A stretch of DNA of 64,000 nt, taken from the NCBI RefSeq assembly GCF_030028105.1, contig NC_092370.1, forward strand, positions 113,784,793 through 113,848,792, in the 5' to 3' direction. The notes beneath the pieces were generated by a model. That model had not been told where the DNA came from and searched no databases. It saw only the letters and a program-made list of their open reading frames with translations. A program made the translations under genes and the position numbers. The DNA is from Mobula birostris. Its lineage: Eukaryota. Shown here one piece after another: positions 12,460-25,470 of the stretch; position 1 is the first letter of the stretch, and every line of letters begins with the position of its first letter.

Positions 12460-13446
12460 ATGATGTCTAAGAACAAGATTAAAAAGTCCGCTCAGAAGGC
12501 TGATAAACACAAAGAGACGCAGCAAGGCAACGGTCCTAGCTCTCCCACGGCAAGCCAGGACGGAGATAATGAGGAGGAATCGGTGAATCTGTCTTTGATT
12601 CTCGGAGAGATTCGCGAGTTCCGACAAGATAACAATAAACAGCTGGAAGATATTAAAGGAGAAATACTAAAAACTAATTCGAGGATAGATGAAGCCGAAG
12701 CGAGGATTGTAGGAATTGAGGAGAAGCTACAAAACGCAGAGGAAGTGATAGCAGAAATGCTGAAGCTACAAGAGCAGCTCCAGTGGAAGCTAACAGACCA
12801 AGAAGGCCGCTCAAGAAGGGAAAATGTGAGGATCTACGGAGTTCCCGAAGGAACTGAAGGTAAACCCGGATTGATGATTCCCTTCGTGGAGAAGCTGCTT
12901 AGAGAGAACCTTGATATACCGGACGCAAAAGACCTACAGATAGAAAGGGCTCACGGCGCGTTGGCACTGCTACCCCCGGCAGGCGCCCAGCCCAGATCAA
13001 TTCTAGTCAGATTTCTCAGTTACAGATCGCAGGAAGAGGTGCTTAAACGGGCATGGCAAAATAAAGGTTTCATGTGGAGCAACTGTAAAATCAGCTTTGA
13101 CCACGATTACGCACCGGGGATACTTGCCAGACGGAAGGAATATGTTGAAACACAGAGGGTCCTGAAGGAAAACCACATCAGATTCCAGACCCTGTATCCA
13201 GCTCGGCTGAGAGTCTTTTACGATGAAAGAACAAAAACTTACGCTACGGTGGAGGAGGCAACGTCAGACCTGGCGGATCGGGGACTACCTATTAAAGTTA
13301 TTACCCAACCGGAGTCGCTACTGGAGAGGATTCGGCAGAAGTCGTGGCAGTCAGTGGGGCGAGGACGCTCCACACGAACCAGAGTGTCAAACTACAAGGA
13401 AAAGCTGCAAATATTCAGACGCGAATGTACAGAGAATACAGATTAA
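12460..13446 (+). CDS. L1 ORF1p-like protein (coiled coil, RRM, CTD), 328 aa, open
   Basis: Heptad-rich N-terminal half; RSRRENVRIYGVPEG, IERAH, PRSILVRF and ISFDHDY motifs typical of L1 ORF1p. Confidence 0.85.
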   Translation: MMSKNKIKKSAQKADKHKETQQGNGPSSPTASQDGDNEEESVNLSLILGEIREFRQDNNKQLEDIKGEILKTNSRIDEAEARIVGIEEKLQNAEEVIAEMLKLQEQLQWKLTDQEGRSRRENVRIYGVPEGTEGKPGLMIPFVEKLLRENLDIPDAKDLQIERAHGALALLPPAGAQPRSILVRFLSYRSQEEVLKRAWQNKGFMWSNCKISFDHDYAPGILARRKEYVETQRVLKENHIRFQTLYPARLRVFYDERTKTYATVEEATSDLADRGLPIKVITQPESLLERIRQKSWQSVGRGRSTRTRVSNYKEKLQIFRRECTENTD

Positions 13447-13806
13447 TTAAGAGAAATGACTGAAAAGAGTAAATCGGATTTAAAAGTAAAATGAAAGCTG
13501 ATAACTGAAAATAAACTAGACGGAATAACTTGAATGATAGCAATATGGTCGAGACATAAATAGGAGAAAATTCTCTATGATTATGCAAACTGCGGAGGGC
13601 CCTCTAACACAGGGTGAAGATAGAGGTTATTCCTCTGAACTGAGGCGGGTCGGTGCTCCGGCCTCACTGTGGGAAGTCGGGAAAAATTTTCAAATGTTAC
13701 ACGTTCAAAAATGTCTAGGATGTGGTTATATGTTTTGGTTTACTGTTGAGAAGGGATTGCTTACTGTTTGGTTAGAAAAGGAGGGTTTTTTTTCTACTAG
13801 AGAAAA

Positions 13807-16800
13807 ATGCAAATTGAATTGATAAAAATAATTTCCTATAATGTTAATGGGGTTTTGAATCCAATTAAAAGAAATAAGATTATGTCTAAATTGAAAAAAG
13901 AGAGGGCACAAATAGCTTTCCTTCAGGAAACACATATGAGCCAACCCGAACATGAAAAATTAAAAAGAATGGGCTTTAAGCATGTATTTTATTCATCATA
14001 TAAATTGAGCCACAAAAGAGGGGTAGCTATTTTAATATCAAGTATTCTTAATTATGAACATATTTCAGAGACTGAAGACAAAGGTGGACGATTTGTAAAA
14101 ATTACAGGAAGAATAGAAGGTACAGAAATAACATTGCTGAATGTTTATGCTCCACCAGATTGTGAATGGTTATTCTATAGACACATTTTTGACCTAATGG
14201 TCAGTTCTTAAGGGGTAGTAATCTGTGGAGAGGATTTTAATATTAGGTTAAATCCTGCATTAGATTCTTCAAGAATCGTTACTCAGAATAAACCTCTGAC
14301 TCAGAAAATAAATTTATTGATGGAGGAGTTGGGAATTATAGATGTGTGGAGGGAATTACACCCCACTGGTAAAGATTATACAGATAACTCTTTCCCTCAT
14401 TCAGCATATTCAAGGATAGACTATTTCTTTATCTTTAATACAGATAGACTCAGGATAAAAAACTGTAATATTACTACAATTGATCTGTCAGATCATAGCC
14501 CAGTCTCTATGTCTCTAATCCTGGAAAGGAAAATGAGGAAAACACTGTGGAGGTTAAATTCACATATACTCAATAACCCGAAAGTAATGGACAGATTAAG
14601 GGGAGAAATCAAAGAATACCTAGACCTGAATGACACGGGAGAAACATCACCAGTGATCTTATGCGATACATTGAAAGCTGTACTGAGAGGAAAAATTACT
14701 TCCATTACCACTCACATGAAAAAAATCAATGCACAAAAATTAGCAGACCTTCAAGAAAAATTAAAACAACTTCAAGTTGTAGATAGCAACAAAAGTAATT
14801 CTAATTTAAAACAGGAAATTAGAAAATTGCAAAGTGAAATTGATGATATTTATACATTGGAAACTCAAAGAAATTTTCTTTACCTGAGACAAAAGAATTA
14901 TGAAGTAGGAGGTAAATCAGCTCAATTATTAGCATATAAATTACGAAAACAACAAGCAGACAATACAACTCATAAAATAAAGAATCCAAAGACGAAGCTT
15001 GTGGAGAGTACAATAGGGAAAATTCAAGAGAGTTTTGAAACATATTATTGAGAGCTGTACTCCCAACCCCGGGCCTCCAATGAGGCCTATATAGACACTT
15101 TATTGAATTCTTTAGATCTACCCAAGCTTACAGATTTACAAAATGAATGCCTATTAGAACCAGTAACTGTCAAAGAACTAAATGTGGCCATCTCTAGATT
15201 AAAGGCTGGAAAGTCTTCAGGTTCTGATGGGTTTACCCCAGAGTGGTACAAATGGCTGAAGTCACAGTTCGCCCCATTACTACTTAACACCTTTAATTGG
15301 GTCTTGCAGAGAGGAGAAACTCCACCTTCCTGGAGAGAAGCGATTATTTCAGTTATTCCTAAAGAGGGTAAAGATAAACTAGAATGTGGTAATTATTGGC
15401 CAATTAGTGTTCTTAATTTAGATTACATATTATTTACACCTATATTAGCGTGCAGATTGGAAAAGTTTTTACGTGGCCTAATCCACTTAGACCAGACTGG
15501 ATTTACTCAACAAAGACAAACACAGGACAACATAAGGAGAACTCTACACGTACTAGAACAAGTTATTAAGAACGAGACAGAGACAATGGTAGTGGGATTA
15601 GACGCTGAGAAAGCTTTTGATTCAGTTAGTTGGGATTCCTATACAGAGTGTTAGGAAGATTCGGCTTTCAAGAAAAGTTTATTAAAGTAATCCAGACTCT
15701 ACATGACAGCTCTACAGCTTGAATTAAGATAAATGGGGATCTCTCTGACTTGTTTATTTTAGAGAGAGGCACTAGACAGGGATGCCCAATTTCTCCTCTC
15801 CTTTTTGCGCTATATATTGCCCAACTAATAAGACAAAGCGGAATCATAAAAGGTATCAAGGTGGCAGGGATTGAACAGAAAGTGGCGTTATTCGCAGATG
15901 ATGTTTTAGTCCATCTGAGTGAACCAGAAAAATCATTTATAGGGTTGTTTACACTGTTGGATGACTTTGGGAAAATATCAGGTTATAAAATAAATGTAAA
16001 GAAAATGCAGGTTATGTCCCTAAATTATACACCATCCGAAAAACTGCAGGATACATATGATCTTAAGTGGGAAGCTAAATCATTAAAATATTTAGGAATA
16101 ACCCTGCCGAAGGATCTTTCAACGCTGTCACAGGTAAATTATGGGCCATTAATTTCAGAGATAGATGCAGATATGCATAGATGGAATCTTATCCCCTTTT
16201 TAAGTTTAAATTCAAGGATAACTACCATAAAAATGAATATTCTCCCTCGGTTACTGTATCTTTTTTGGACTTTACCTGTGGAGGTGGATGATAATCAATT
16301 CAGAGAATGGGACAAATGGATTTCCCGCTTTATCTGGCAAGGAAAGAAACCTAGAATTTGATATAACACCTTACAGTTAGGGAAGGAAGGAGGAGGTATG
16401 GTACTTCCTTGCTTGAGAAATTATTTTTATGCTACACAGATAACCCCTCTGTTATATTGGTGTAATAGGGAATATAAGGCTAGATGGAAGGGACTAGAAT
16501 TTGGATTGGTTGACAGTTTTCCTCTACAGGCCTCAATAGCTGACAAAGGATTGATGGCCCAGTTGGAAAAGTTGAAAATCAGCTGGATAAATCTTACATT
16601 AAAAATATGGCAGAAGGTGGTTAATTCATGTGGAATCGATAACATGTTAAAACTTTTCAGATGGTGTGCATATGATACCAAATTCCTTCCCAACAGAGGA
16701 GATAAAAGATTTGAACTATGGATGAAGAAAGGTCTTACAACCTACCTCTCATTTACACATAAAAGAGTATTACAAAGTTTCCAATTCCTGCAGGACAAAC

Positions 16801-17586
16801 ATGGCCTAGAACACAATGATTTTTTTTAGGTACCTTCAAGTACGACACAATGTTAACCAGAGTTGTAGATATACAGACCTATCAACAGTAGAACTAGAAT
16901 TTTTCAAGATTCTGAATTCGGCTTGCAGTTCAATACCAAGTAAATCAGTTTCTCGATTATATAATGCACTGTCCCATGCTAAAAATGTAAACACATTGTA
17001 TATTAAAGAGAAGTGGGAGAAAGAAGCGGGGTTGGTACTTTCAGAGGAGGCTTGGGGGAAAATATGTAGCTTTCAGTGGTCTTCGACTAATTCTTTGACT
17101 TGGAGAAAACATTGTTGGAAAAATATTATAAGATACTTCAAGACACCATATCAGGAAAAATATAAAGACACAAAAGTGACGTGTTGGAGAAGGTGCGGCT
17201 CCAAGGAGGCAAATCATTTCCATATTTTCTGGGATTGCCCTAAATTAAGTTTATTTTGGAAAGGTATTCATAGAACATTAGTTAAGGTACTTAAGACCCA
17301 GATACCTCTGAACTTTGAGACGTTCTATTTGGGGCATGTATTGTTTCTTGAACAGAAGAAAGATATAAAGTTGCTTCAGGCCCGTTTAGCAGCAAGTAAG
17401 AAATCAATCACCAGAAAGTGGCTAAATCCAATACCACCTACATTAGAAGATTGGCACGAAATTATCTTGGAAATATTTAAAATGGAAAAGATGACTTACT
17501 CCCTGAGAATTCAAAAAGAAAAATTTTATCAAATTTGGAATAAATGGATTGAATATATAACCCCAAAGCGAGCAGACTTTAGATGA
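13807..17586 (+). pseudogene. L1 ORF2 (APE endonuclease, reverse transcriptase, Cys-rich C-terminus), broken by stops and frameshifts
   Basis: ISYNVNG, FLQETH, SRIDYF, SDHSP (APE); [29 protein letters not shown] (RT); CWRRC...HIFWDC. Split over at least six ORFs. Confidence 0.92.
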
Positions 17587-17839
17587 CTCTCCTAATGATT
17601 TATACTGCGCTTCTTATCAACACAGTAATATTGCTAACGTAAACACCCCTGGTCTAAATGTTTACTGTTTTTGTTTTTTTTTGGAAAATAAAGAATTAAC
17701 ACAAATAAAGGAAAAGATTTGGGAAAGGGATAAAAAATGATAAAATTAAGTAAATAAGTAGATAGGGATTGGATAATTATGTTTGGGGGTAGGAGCAAAC
17801 ATGACCAAGTTAGGATATAAACACCTACAATGGTTGTTA

Positions 17840-18458
17840 GACCGCTTTGCTGAACATCTACGCTCTGTCCACCAGAGAAAGCAGGATCTCCCAGTGGCCA
17901 CACATTTTAATTCCACATCCCATTCCCATTCTGACATGTCTATCCACGGCCTCCTCTACTGTAAAGATGAAGCCACACTCAGGTTGGAGGAACAACACCT
18001 TATATTCCGCCTGGGTAGCCTCCAACCTGATGGCATGAACATCGACTTCTCTAACTTCCGCTAAGGCCCCACCTCCCCCTCGTACCTCATCTGTTACTTA
18101 TTTTTATGCACATATTCTTTCTCTCACTCTCCTTTTCCTCCCTCTGTCCCTCTGAATATACCTCTTGCCCATCCTCTGGGTCCCCCCTCCCTCCCCCGTC
18201 TTTCTTCCCGGACCTCCTGTCCCATGATCCTCTCGTATCCCCTTTTGCCTATCACCTGTCCAGCTCTTGGCTCTATCCCTCCCCCTCCTGTCTTCTCCTA
18301 TCATTTTGGATCTCCCCCTCCCCCTCCAACTTTCAAATCCCTTACTCACTCTTCTTTCAGTTAGTCCTGACGAAGGGTCTTGGCCTGAAACGTCGACTGT
18401 ACCTCTTCCTAGAGATGCTGCCTGGCCTGCTGCGTTCACCAGCAACTTTAATGTGTGT
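17840..18458 (+). mobile_element. 5'-truncated Penelope-like element nested in the L1 3' UTR
   Basis: Encodes the GIY-YIG C-terminal region RFAEHLRSV...PVATHFNS...LEEQHLIFRLGSLQPDGMN and the typical Penelope tail. Flanked by TA(C/T)AATGGTTGTTA at 17826-17839 and 18459-18472. Confidence 0.85.
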
Positions 18459-21400
18459 TATAATGGTTGTTACATAGGCTTACATACAACATTTTGGACC
18501 AGAAGAAATGGTCCAGGAGAGATATATAGAAATTATTATTAATCCACTATTATTACTATTTTTCTTAACAACTAATATCATTACTTAGCCTAATAGATTA
18601 GAATTTCAACTGCACATAATTATCTATTTAAGTGTCTATTTTCTTTTTATATCATCTTAATGTGTACTTAGGAATGTATAAATAATTATAGTTTTATACA
18701 TATACAAAGAAAAATGGAAAAGGTTATACATGTGAAAAAAGTCCATGATACTTGTGAATTCGTTATCCAAATAAAAATAAAAAATTAAAAAAAAATAAAA
18801 GTCTGAAGTAAACAGAGAGTAAACAGATGCAAATCTATCAACTAACGGAGGAAAAGTATCACAAAAGCCACACAACCCAGCCGCATGGTGTTTGTCGAGT
18901 TGTGACTGTATTTGACACGGATTTAGATGTGGCCTGGCCAGTTATAAATAACAGCACACTTCACGTCCCACTTTCTCTCAACATGTCACAGACCACGCCT
19001 TCAACCCCATTTGAAAAAGACACTATTATTTCTTCTGCATAAAATGAGATTTTGTTAGAATTGCACAGCAATTCATTGGATGATTTTTTTTGTTTGGGTT
19101 TCGAACTTGCTCTCGTTTAACATGAAGAAATCTATCACGATAACAGGCCTTTCCGGACCACCAAGTCTGGGCCATCCAATTCCATCAATTTTGCAGATGC
19201 TGAAGGACTTCTCACACTGACTTCTCCCCTTCCTTTGGGTGGGATGTTTGATGAACCAAATGCCATCAACACCATGGGTGTGATTCTGTTCATCTAAGTC
19301 CTGAAAAAATGGTTTCGGCCCGAAACTTCGACTATTTACTCTTTTCCGTAATTGCTGCTTGGCCTGCTGAGTTCCTCCAGCATTTTGTGTGTGATGCTTT
19401 GGGCGCCTACTAATCCTTACATCTTGTGAACGTGAGAGGAAACTGGAGCAGCCGGACCAAACCCACGCGGTCACAGGAAGAACGTAGAAATTCCTTTCAG
19501 GAGTATGACGGAATTTAACCTGGGTCGCTGGCATTACTCTAACTGATCCAGTACCGTTCCGTCACAAAACTTTCCCCAAATTAGTCATCTCCTGCCAGTT
19601 GTCTTTTCAGTTACACGTCAACATACCTAAAATATTTATCATCCGTTTATCGCGGTTTTGTGACATTCCCGAAATTTCCCGCCGAACACCACAGTTGGAG
19701 TAAGTGGTTTCAGAGCAGCGGGCGGGGGAGGTGAGTTGGGGTGTTGCTCGGCGCCTTCAGATGTCAGGAGTACATGGAGATAATTCTCATGACACCCCCG
19801 GTTTGTCATCTTGGCCTTCACTTTGTCTAATCTTTTGTCTCCAGAGTCTGTGACAGAGCAAGGAGAGCGATATCATCCCCATACGCGCTCTGAAGGTGCC
19901 GACCCTGGACCTGTCTCGCAGCTGCCCTTGTCGCCGCGACCGAATTCCGTGTACGTTCCGTTGGGTGGGATGTTTGATGAACCGAATGCCATCTGCACCA
20001 TGTCTGTGATTCTGTTCATCTTTCCCTATTAACGTGGTTTTAATTATTCCAAATGGGCAGAACCTGTCAGTAAATATTAACTCACATTGGCTTCCACTGT
20101 GAAATTTGAAAGGACGATATCTAATTTATTTGTTTAGCGATACAGCATGAAGTAGGCCCAATCACCCTCAACAAACGGTATTAAGCCTAACCCAATCACT
20201 GAACAATTTACAACCTGGAGCTGTAATAGCGTCGCGCTATTCGCTACGCTACCGTGGTGCCTGGGCAGTGTACGTCCTTTATCGAATGCCCAGGACCCTC
20301 TTTCCTGTCGCTGTAAACGTCCAAGTGACATAACTCCCCAAGTCCTAGTTGCACACCCCCTGCAAACCTTACCCTTAAATCAACTCATTTGTTAACAATT
20401 TCTCCTTCTGATAACCCCTTTAGGACAGGTTAGGTTAATCGATTCAAAAACTTCCTGTGTACATGCTCTGACTGCAATCCCTCTCCCAGCCGTAAGACGA
20501 TAAGACACAGGAGCAGGATTAGGGCATTCGATCCATTGAGTCAGCTCGGCCATTTAATCATATCTGTTTCCTTTTCCCTTTCAGCTCTATTTCATTGTCT
20601 TCTCCGAATACCCTTTGCCACCATGAGTAATCAAGTACCTATCAGCCTCGGCTTTAATAAACCCAATAACTTGGCCTCCATGGCCATTTGTGGCAACGAA
20701 TTTCACAGATTCTCAGAAATTCCTCCTCGTCTCTGTTCTGAAATGTGCCCTTTGGTCCTGGACTCCCCCACTACTGGAAAATCTTCTCATCGTCCAGGCC
20801 TTTACATATTCAGTAGGTTTCACAGAGATATCCCTTAGTCTTCTAGGCTCGGCGAGAACAGTCCTGGTAACATCAAACGTTCCTTATGTGATAACCCTTT
20901 CATTCCTAGAACCATTCTCTTAAACCTCCTCTGGACCCTCTCTAATGCCAGGTCATTCTTTCTCGGATATGGAGCCAAAATTACTCACAATACTCCATAT
21001 ATAGTCTACCGATCTCTTATAAAGACTCAACATTACAACTTTTTATTTATTAGATATCTGAATGGACAATGAATCCACATGTACTACTTCACTTTTTTTC
21101 TTGCTTTGCTCTCTTTTTCTCTAGTTACTTAATTTAATATATATCTTATTGTAATTTATAGTTTTTATTATATATTGCACTGTACTGCAGCTGCTAAATA
21201 ACAAGTTCCACAACCTATGACAGTGATATTAAACCTGATTCCCTTTCTATTCTGATTATATTCTAGACCCCTCAAAATGATTGCTGTCATTGCATTTGCC
21301 CTCTCCACTACTGACTCAAACAGCAAGTTAGCCTTTCGGGAATCCTGCACCAGAACTCTGAAGTCTTCTTGCACATTCAGTTTCTGCTTTCTCCCTCTCT

Positions 21401-23207
21401 TCAGAGAATATTCTGTGCCTTTATTCCTTCTACCAAGTGCATGGCTATACACTTCCCTGCACTGTGTTCCATCTGCCAATTTTTTGTCCATTGTCCTAAC
21501 CTGTCCTAGTCCTTTTGCAGACTTCCTGCTCTATCTTTTGCTTTTATGCTATCTTTGACTTCCTTTAACTCTGTTTTTCTTTACACAGATACCATAGAAA
21601 TACAGAAACATAGAACATAGGTGAAGGAGTAGGCCATTTGGCCCTTCGAGCCTGCACTGCCATTCAGTATGATCATGGCTGATCATCCAACTCAGAACCC
21701 TGTACCTGCCTTCTCCCCATACCCCCTGATTCCTTTAGCCACAAGGGCCACATCTAACTTCCTGTTAAATATAGTCAATGAACTAGCCTCAACTGTTTCC
21801 TGTGGCAGAGAATTCCACAGATTCACCACTCTCTGGACTGGGCACGAGCCAGAGGTAAGACCCAGGTTCTGGGTCCTTGTCCAGTCTCTGGCTCGGATTC
21901 CAAGACAAGCTCCTAGTTGATAGATCCTTGTCCGGTTTCCCTGTTTCTTGTCCGTATCCTAGCCCAGGTCCTGCATCCTAGACCTGTCTCTAGTACTTCA
22001 GTGTCTGTGTCTTGCATTTGGGTCCATTCCGAACACCCCCTGTTGTGACATGTGACGTCTTGTTCTGTGCATAAATGGGACAGGCAGAGATAAAGTCATG
22101 GACATCTTGGGACATAGACTGCCATGTAAATCATCTCTTTATGAATTCCAGGGTCTGTTGAATCCCTGGATGGCCAACCAGATGGGAAGAGTGACCCCAG
22201 GCCAACATTTAGGAACACACAGATGCAGGCACAAACAGCTGGTTAGGAACTTCTCCATCTGGGCCTGGATCTGACTGTTCAGCAGTCCTCACCTGTTTCT
22301 ATTCCCCCAAATCACTGGAACAGCTATGCTTGTGCGAGGAAAGATGTGATCTAGATTGGTGTTGACCTCAGAGACATGAAACTGACAGGAGAGAGCATCG
22401 GCCTTAGTATCATCTGCCTAATCTCCCTCACAGTCTCGCTACACACTGCATCAACTGCCCCATCCTCAGCCCCATCACTCCTGTTCCCAATCCCCTGCTA
22501 ACTTAGTTTAAACCTTCTCCAGCAGCTCTAGCAAACCTAATCACAAAGATATTGATCCCCCTTGGGTTCAGGTTTAACCGATCTTTTTAATAGAAGGCAT
22601 AACTTCCCTAGATGAGATCCAAATGATCCAACAATCTGAAACCATGCCCGCTACACCAGATCCTCAGCCACTCATTCGTCCTACTTCTGCACTAACTGGC
22701 ACATGGAACTGGGAGTAATCCAGAGATTACACATGCTCTGTGGCATCTTCCCTCACTCCCTATACTTACCGTGCAAAATCTCCTCCCTGTTTTTCCCTGT
22801 GTCATTGGTGTCAATGTACACCTTGGACATTGTCTGGTTACCCTTCCTCTTCTGCAGCTGCTCTGAGACCTCCTTAATCCTAGTACCTGGGAGGCAGCAC
22901 ACCATTCTGCGTCTTTGTTACGGCCACTAAATCTCTTGTCCAATCCCTAATTACTGAGTCTCCTATAACTATCTCTCTACCTGATTTTACCCGTCATCGC
23001 TGAGCCACATACGGCCACTGGCCTGACTGCTGCTGCTGTGTACTGATAAATCATTCTTCCCCCAGCCCCCACTGTAGTACCCAAAGGAATATTTGTTGCT
23101 GAAGGGAATGAATATTAGAAAACATGATGTCGTCCTATCCCATTTAATAGTAGTTTTCTTTCAAATGATGGCAATTTACAAGGTGTGTATGTATAGAGGG
23201 CCCAGGG

Positions 23208-24317
23208 TGTCATGGTGCAGTCCGTGAAGTCCGTATTGCGGTTCACAGTCCGGTCCATCGACCCTTGCCGCAGGTTTTCCTGTCTACCCTGTTCTGTTCC
23301 TGTTAAGCACTAATTAAGGGAGCTGATGCTCGTTGGGACTGGCTGCATAAATACCTTCAGAGACCAGGTTGTGGCTGCTGGATTGTTCTTATCCTTACTC
23401 CTTGTATCCCTTGCTCTGCCTTCTGTTTCCTCACCTGCAACCCTGCCTTGTCTTGCCGGTAACTCTTGTCTTGCCTGAAGTTCTCGTCTCGCCTTGCTTT
23501 GCCAGAAGCCTTGCCTTGTCTCGCCGGTAACTCTTGCCTCGTCTCGCCTGCAGTCTTGTCCTGGAGCCACCCTGTACCTAGCTTCCTTCCCATCCCTTGC
23601 CTCCACCCAGGTAAGCCAGGCCATCTCACCATTACCTGCGGTTGGTTCTGTCCCTTCCTGTCCCATGCCTCCATCGGGTGGTGAACCGCGCCCTGTCCAT
23701 GAGTACTGCGCCCTGCCCAGGAGTACCGTGCCCTGCCCTGCCCAGGTGATCCGCGCCCTGCCCAGGAGTACCGCGCCCTGTCCTGGTGAACCGCGCCCTG
23801 CCCCGGAGGAGCCTGCCCAGCCTCAAGCCTGAAGACTCCAGCCTCCTGCCTAGCCTCAAGCCTGAAGACTCCAGCCTCCTGCCTAGCCTCAAGCCTGAAG
23901 ACTGTAGCCTCCTGCCTAGCCTCAAGACTGAAGACTCCAGCCTCTTGCCAAGCCTTGCCTCATCTCTAGCCTCTAGCCTCTAGCCTCAAGCCTGAAGCCT
24001 GAAGACTCCAGCCTCCTGCCAAGTCTCGCCTCTAGCATCAAGCCTGAAGACTGCAGCCTCGTCCTGTCTGCCTGCCAAGCCTCGTCCTTGCCTGGTTCTG
24101 GGGTCCGAGCCAGAGGCAAGACCCAGGTACTAGGTCCTTGTCCAGTCTCTGGCTCAGAGTCCAAGCCCAGGATCCTAGCTCTTTTGTCCAGTCCTGTTCC
24201 AGGTTCCTGGTTTTTGTGTCCATGTCCTTGCCCTCAGCCTGTATCCTAGTCCTGGCCCTGGTACTTCAGTGTCTGTGTCTTGCACTTGGGTCCATTCCCA
24301 GCCACCACCCTATGACA
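23208..24317 (+). mobile_element. Solo-LTR-like element, 1110 bp
   Basis: TGTCA...TGACA termini; 5-bp TSD CAGGG (23203-23207, 24318-24322); empty site gggcccagggtgcctttg in paralogous units; internal 33-bp tandem repeats. Confidence 0.85.
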
Positions 24318-25054
24318 CAGGGTGCCTTTGCTCATTATTCACTGAAAACCAATACATGTATCCACATGAGGGATAGATCAAGCTATGAGGGAGGCAAATC
24401 AAGGAGCTAGATATAATCTCCAGAGAAATTGACAACAACGAGGCGGTCGAGGGAGTAATATGAGTGGTTATTGCTATATGGAATTCCTTTGAGTGGACTG
24501 GGACATTTTCAAGTACACATCTATGGATCTGAATAAATACACCTCCACCACGTAGGTTCAATGGGCACCTACATCATGAACTTGAGAAAAACAGTTGTAG
24601 ACGTGTGTCTCCCCACAAAATCATTCCGAGTCTTCTCCCGCCAGAAGCCTTGTATGAACCATAAAATCAGCAATTTGCTGAGGGCCAAATCAGAGGCATT
24701 CAAGTCTGGTGACCAATAAAGTTACAAGATGTCCAGGTACATTCTCTTAAAAGCCTCCTTATGGGCAAAGCCTCCTTATTTGCCAGACCAAACCTGAATC
24801 AACAAAGGATCGTCAATAGTAGTCACAGGGCTTGGATGCTATCACTTCTATAAAGTAAAATCAAGTGACAAAGGTGACAACAGGGCTCACTTCCAGATGA
24901 ATGCAATGCCTTCTGTGCTTGCTTCGGCTGTGAAAACACGGAGGAACCATCACAAACACTCACAGCGCCAGATGATCGAGTGATTTTTGTCTCTGAGGCT
25001 GATGTACGGGCAGCCTTCGGGAAGATGAACCCATGAAAATCATCCAGCCAGACA

Positions 25055-25470
25055 TGAGTGAGTGGGCCAGTGAAGGAGTGGAGCTTTGAGGATTTGACTC
25101 GAGAGATTCTGGCAGTTTTGGCAGTTGGTCTGTACAATCAAGTCAATCCAGATTTGAATAGATCAGCAGAAAGTCGTTGATTGGACAATCGAGATTTGAA
25201 TAGCTCAGACTCAGCAGAAAGAAGCTGATTGGGAATCGAGGTCAGCTGACCATGCATTTTGAATAGCTCAAACAGATAAATAGAGGGATAGCTCAAGCGA
25301 AGCGGCCTGTGGAAAGCGGCCAGTGAGTGAGTGGGCCAGTGAAGGAGTAGAGCTTTGAGGCTTTGACTTGAGAGGCTTCGACGAGAAGAGGCGGAGGACA
25401 AGCTTGTTTGCAGTTGGTCTTTACAATGCCTCCTGAGATGGTAATGTGCCTCTCATGTGAGATGTGGACG
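25055..25470 (+). mobile_element. CR1 5'-end fragment (5' UTR plus ORF1 start) occupying the site of a V-removing deletion
   Basis: Ends in ATGCCTCCTGAGATGGTAATGTGCCTCTCATGTGAGATGTGG (MPPEMVMCLSCEMW, a CR1 ORF1 CxxCxMW start). Internal direct repeat at about 25056 and 25324. Confidence 0.7.

Larger units (their letters stand above)
12314..18796 (+). mobile_element. Full-length L1-clade LINE inserted in the psiV2 intron, antisense to the V gene
   Basis: Short 5' UTR, ORF1, disrupted ORF2, AATAAA and A-rich tail. Target-site duplication AAAAGTCT(A/G)AA(AC/GT)AAA at 12298-12313 and 18797-18812, at a TTT/AAAA L1 endonuclease site. Confidence 0.92.
12137..18886 (-). pseudogene. TRGV: TRGV pseudogene (psiV2): leader 18886-18847, intron split by L1, V exon remnant 12263-12137, no RSS
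   Basis: Leader exon and splice sites are intact. The V exon reads AELTQSP...CDLSRVSMDYIHWYRQ and then runs directly into sequence found downstream of the RSS in intact copies. Confidence 0.9.

Noticed and set aside
19650-19700. Nonamer-like CGGTTTTGT with a nearby CACAGTT in the CpG block
   Set aside because: No CAC-initiated heptamer at a 12- or 23-nt spacing in the right orientation, so it is not an RSS.
23310-24223. ORFs with repeated RLGRRLESSGL / SSLLPSLKPED peptides (also about 47000-47600 and 53100-53700)
   Set aside because: Translations of the 33-bp tandem repeats inside LTR-like elements; they are open in several frames and on both strands.
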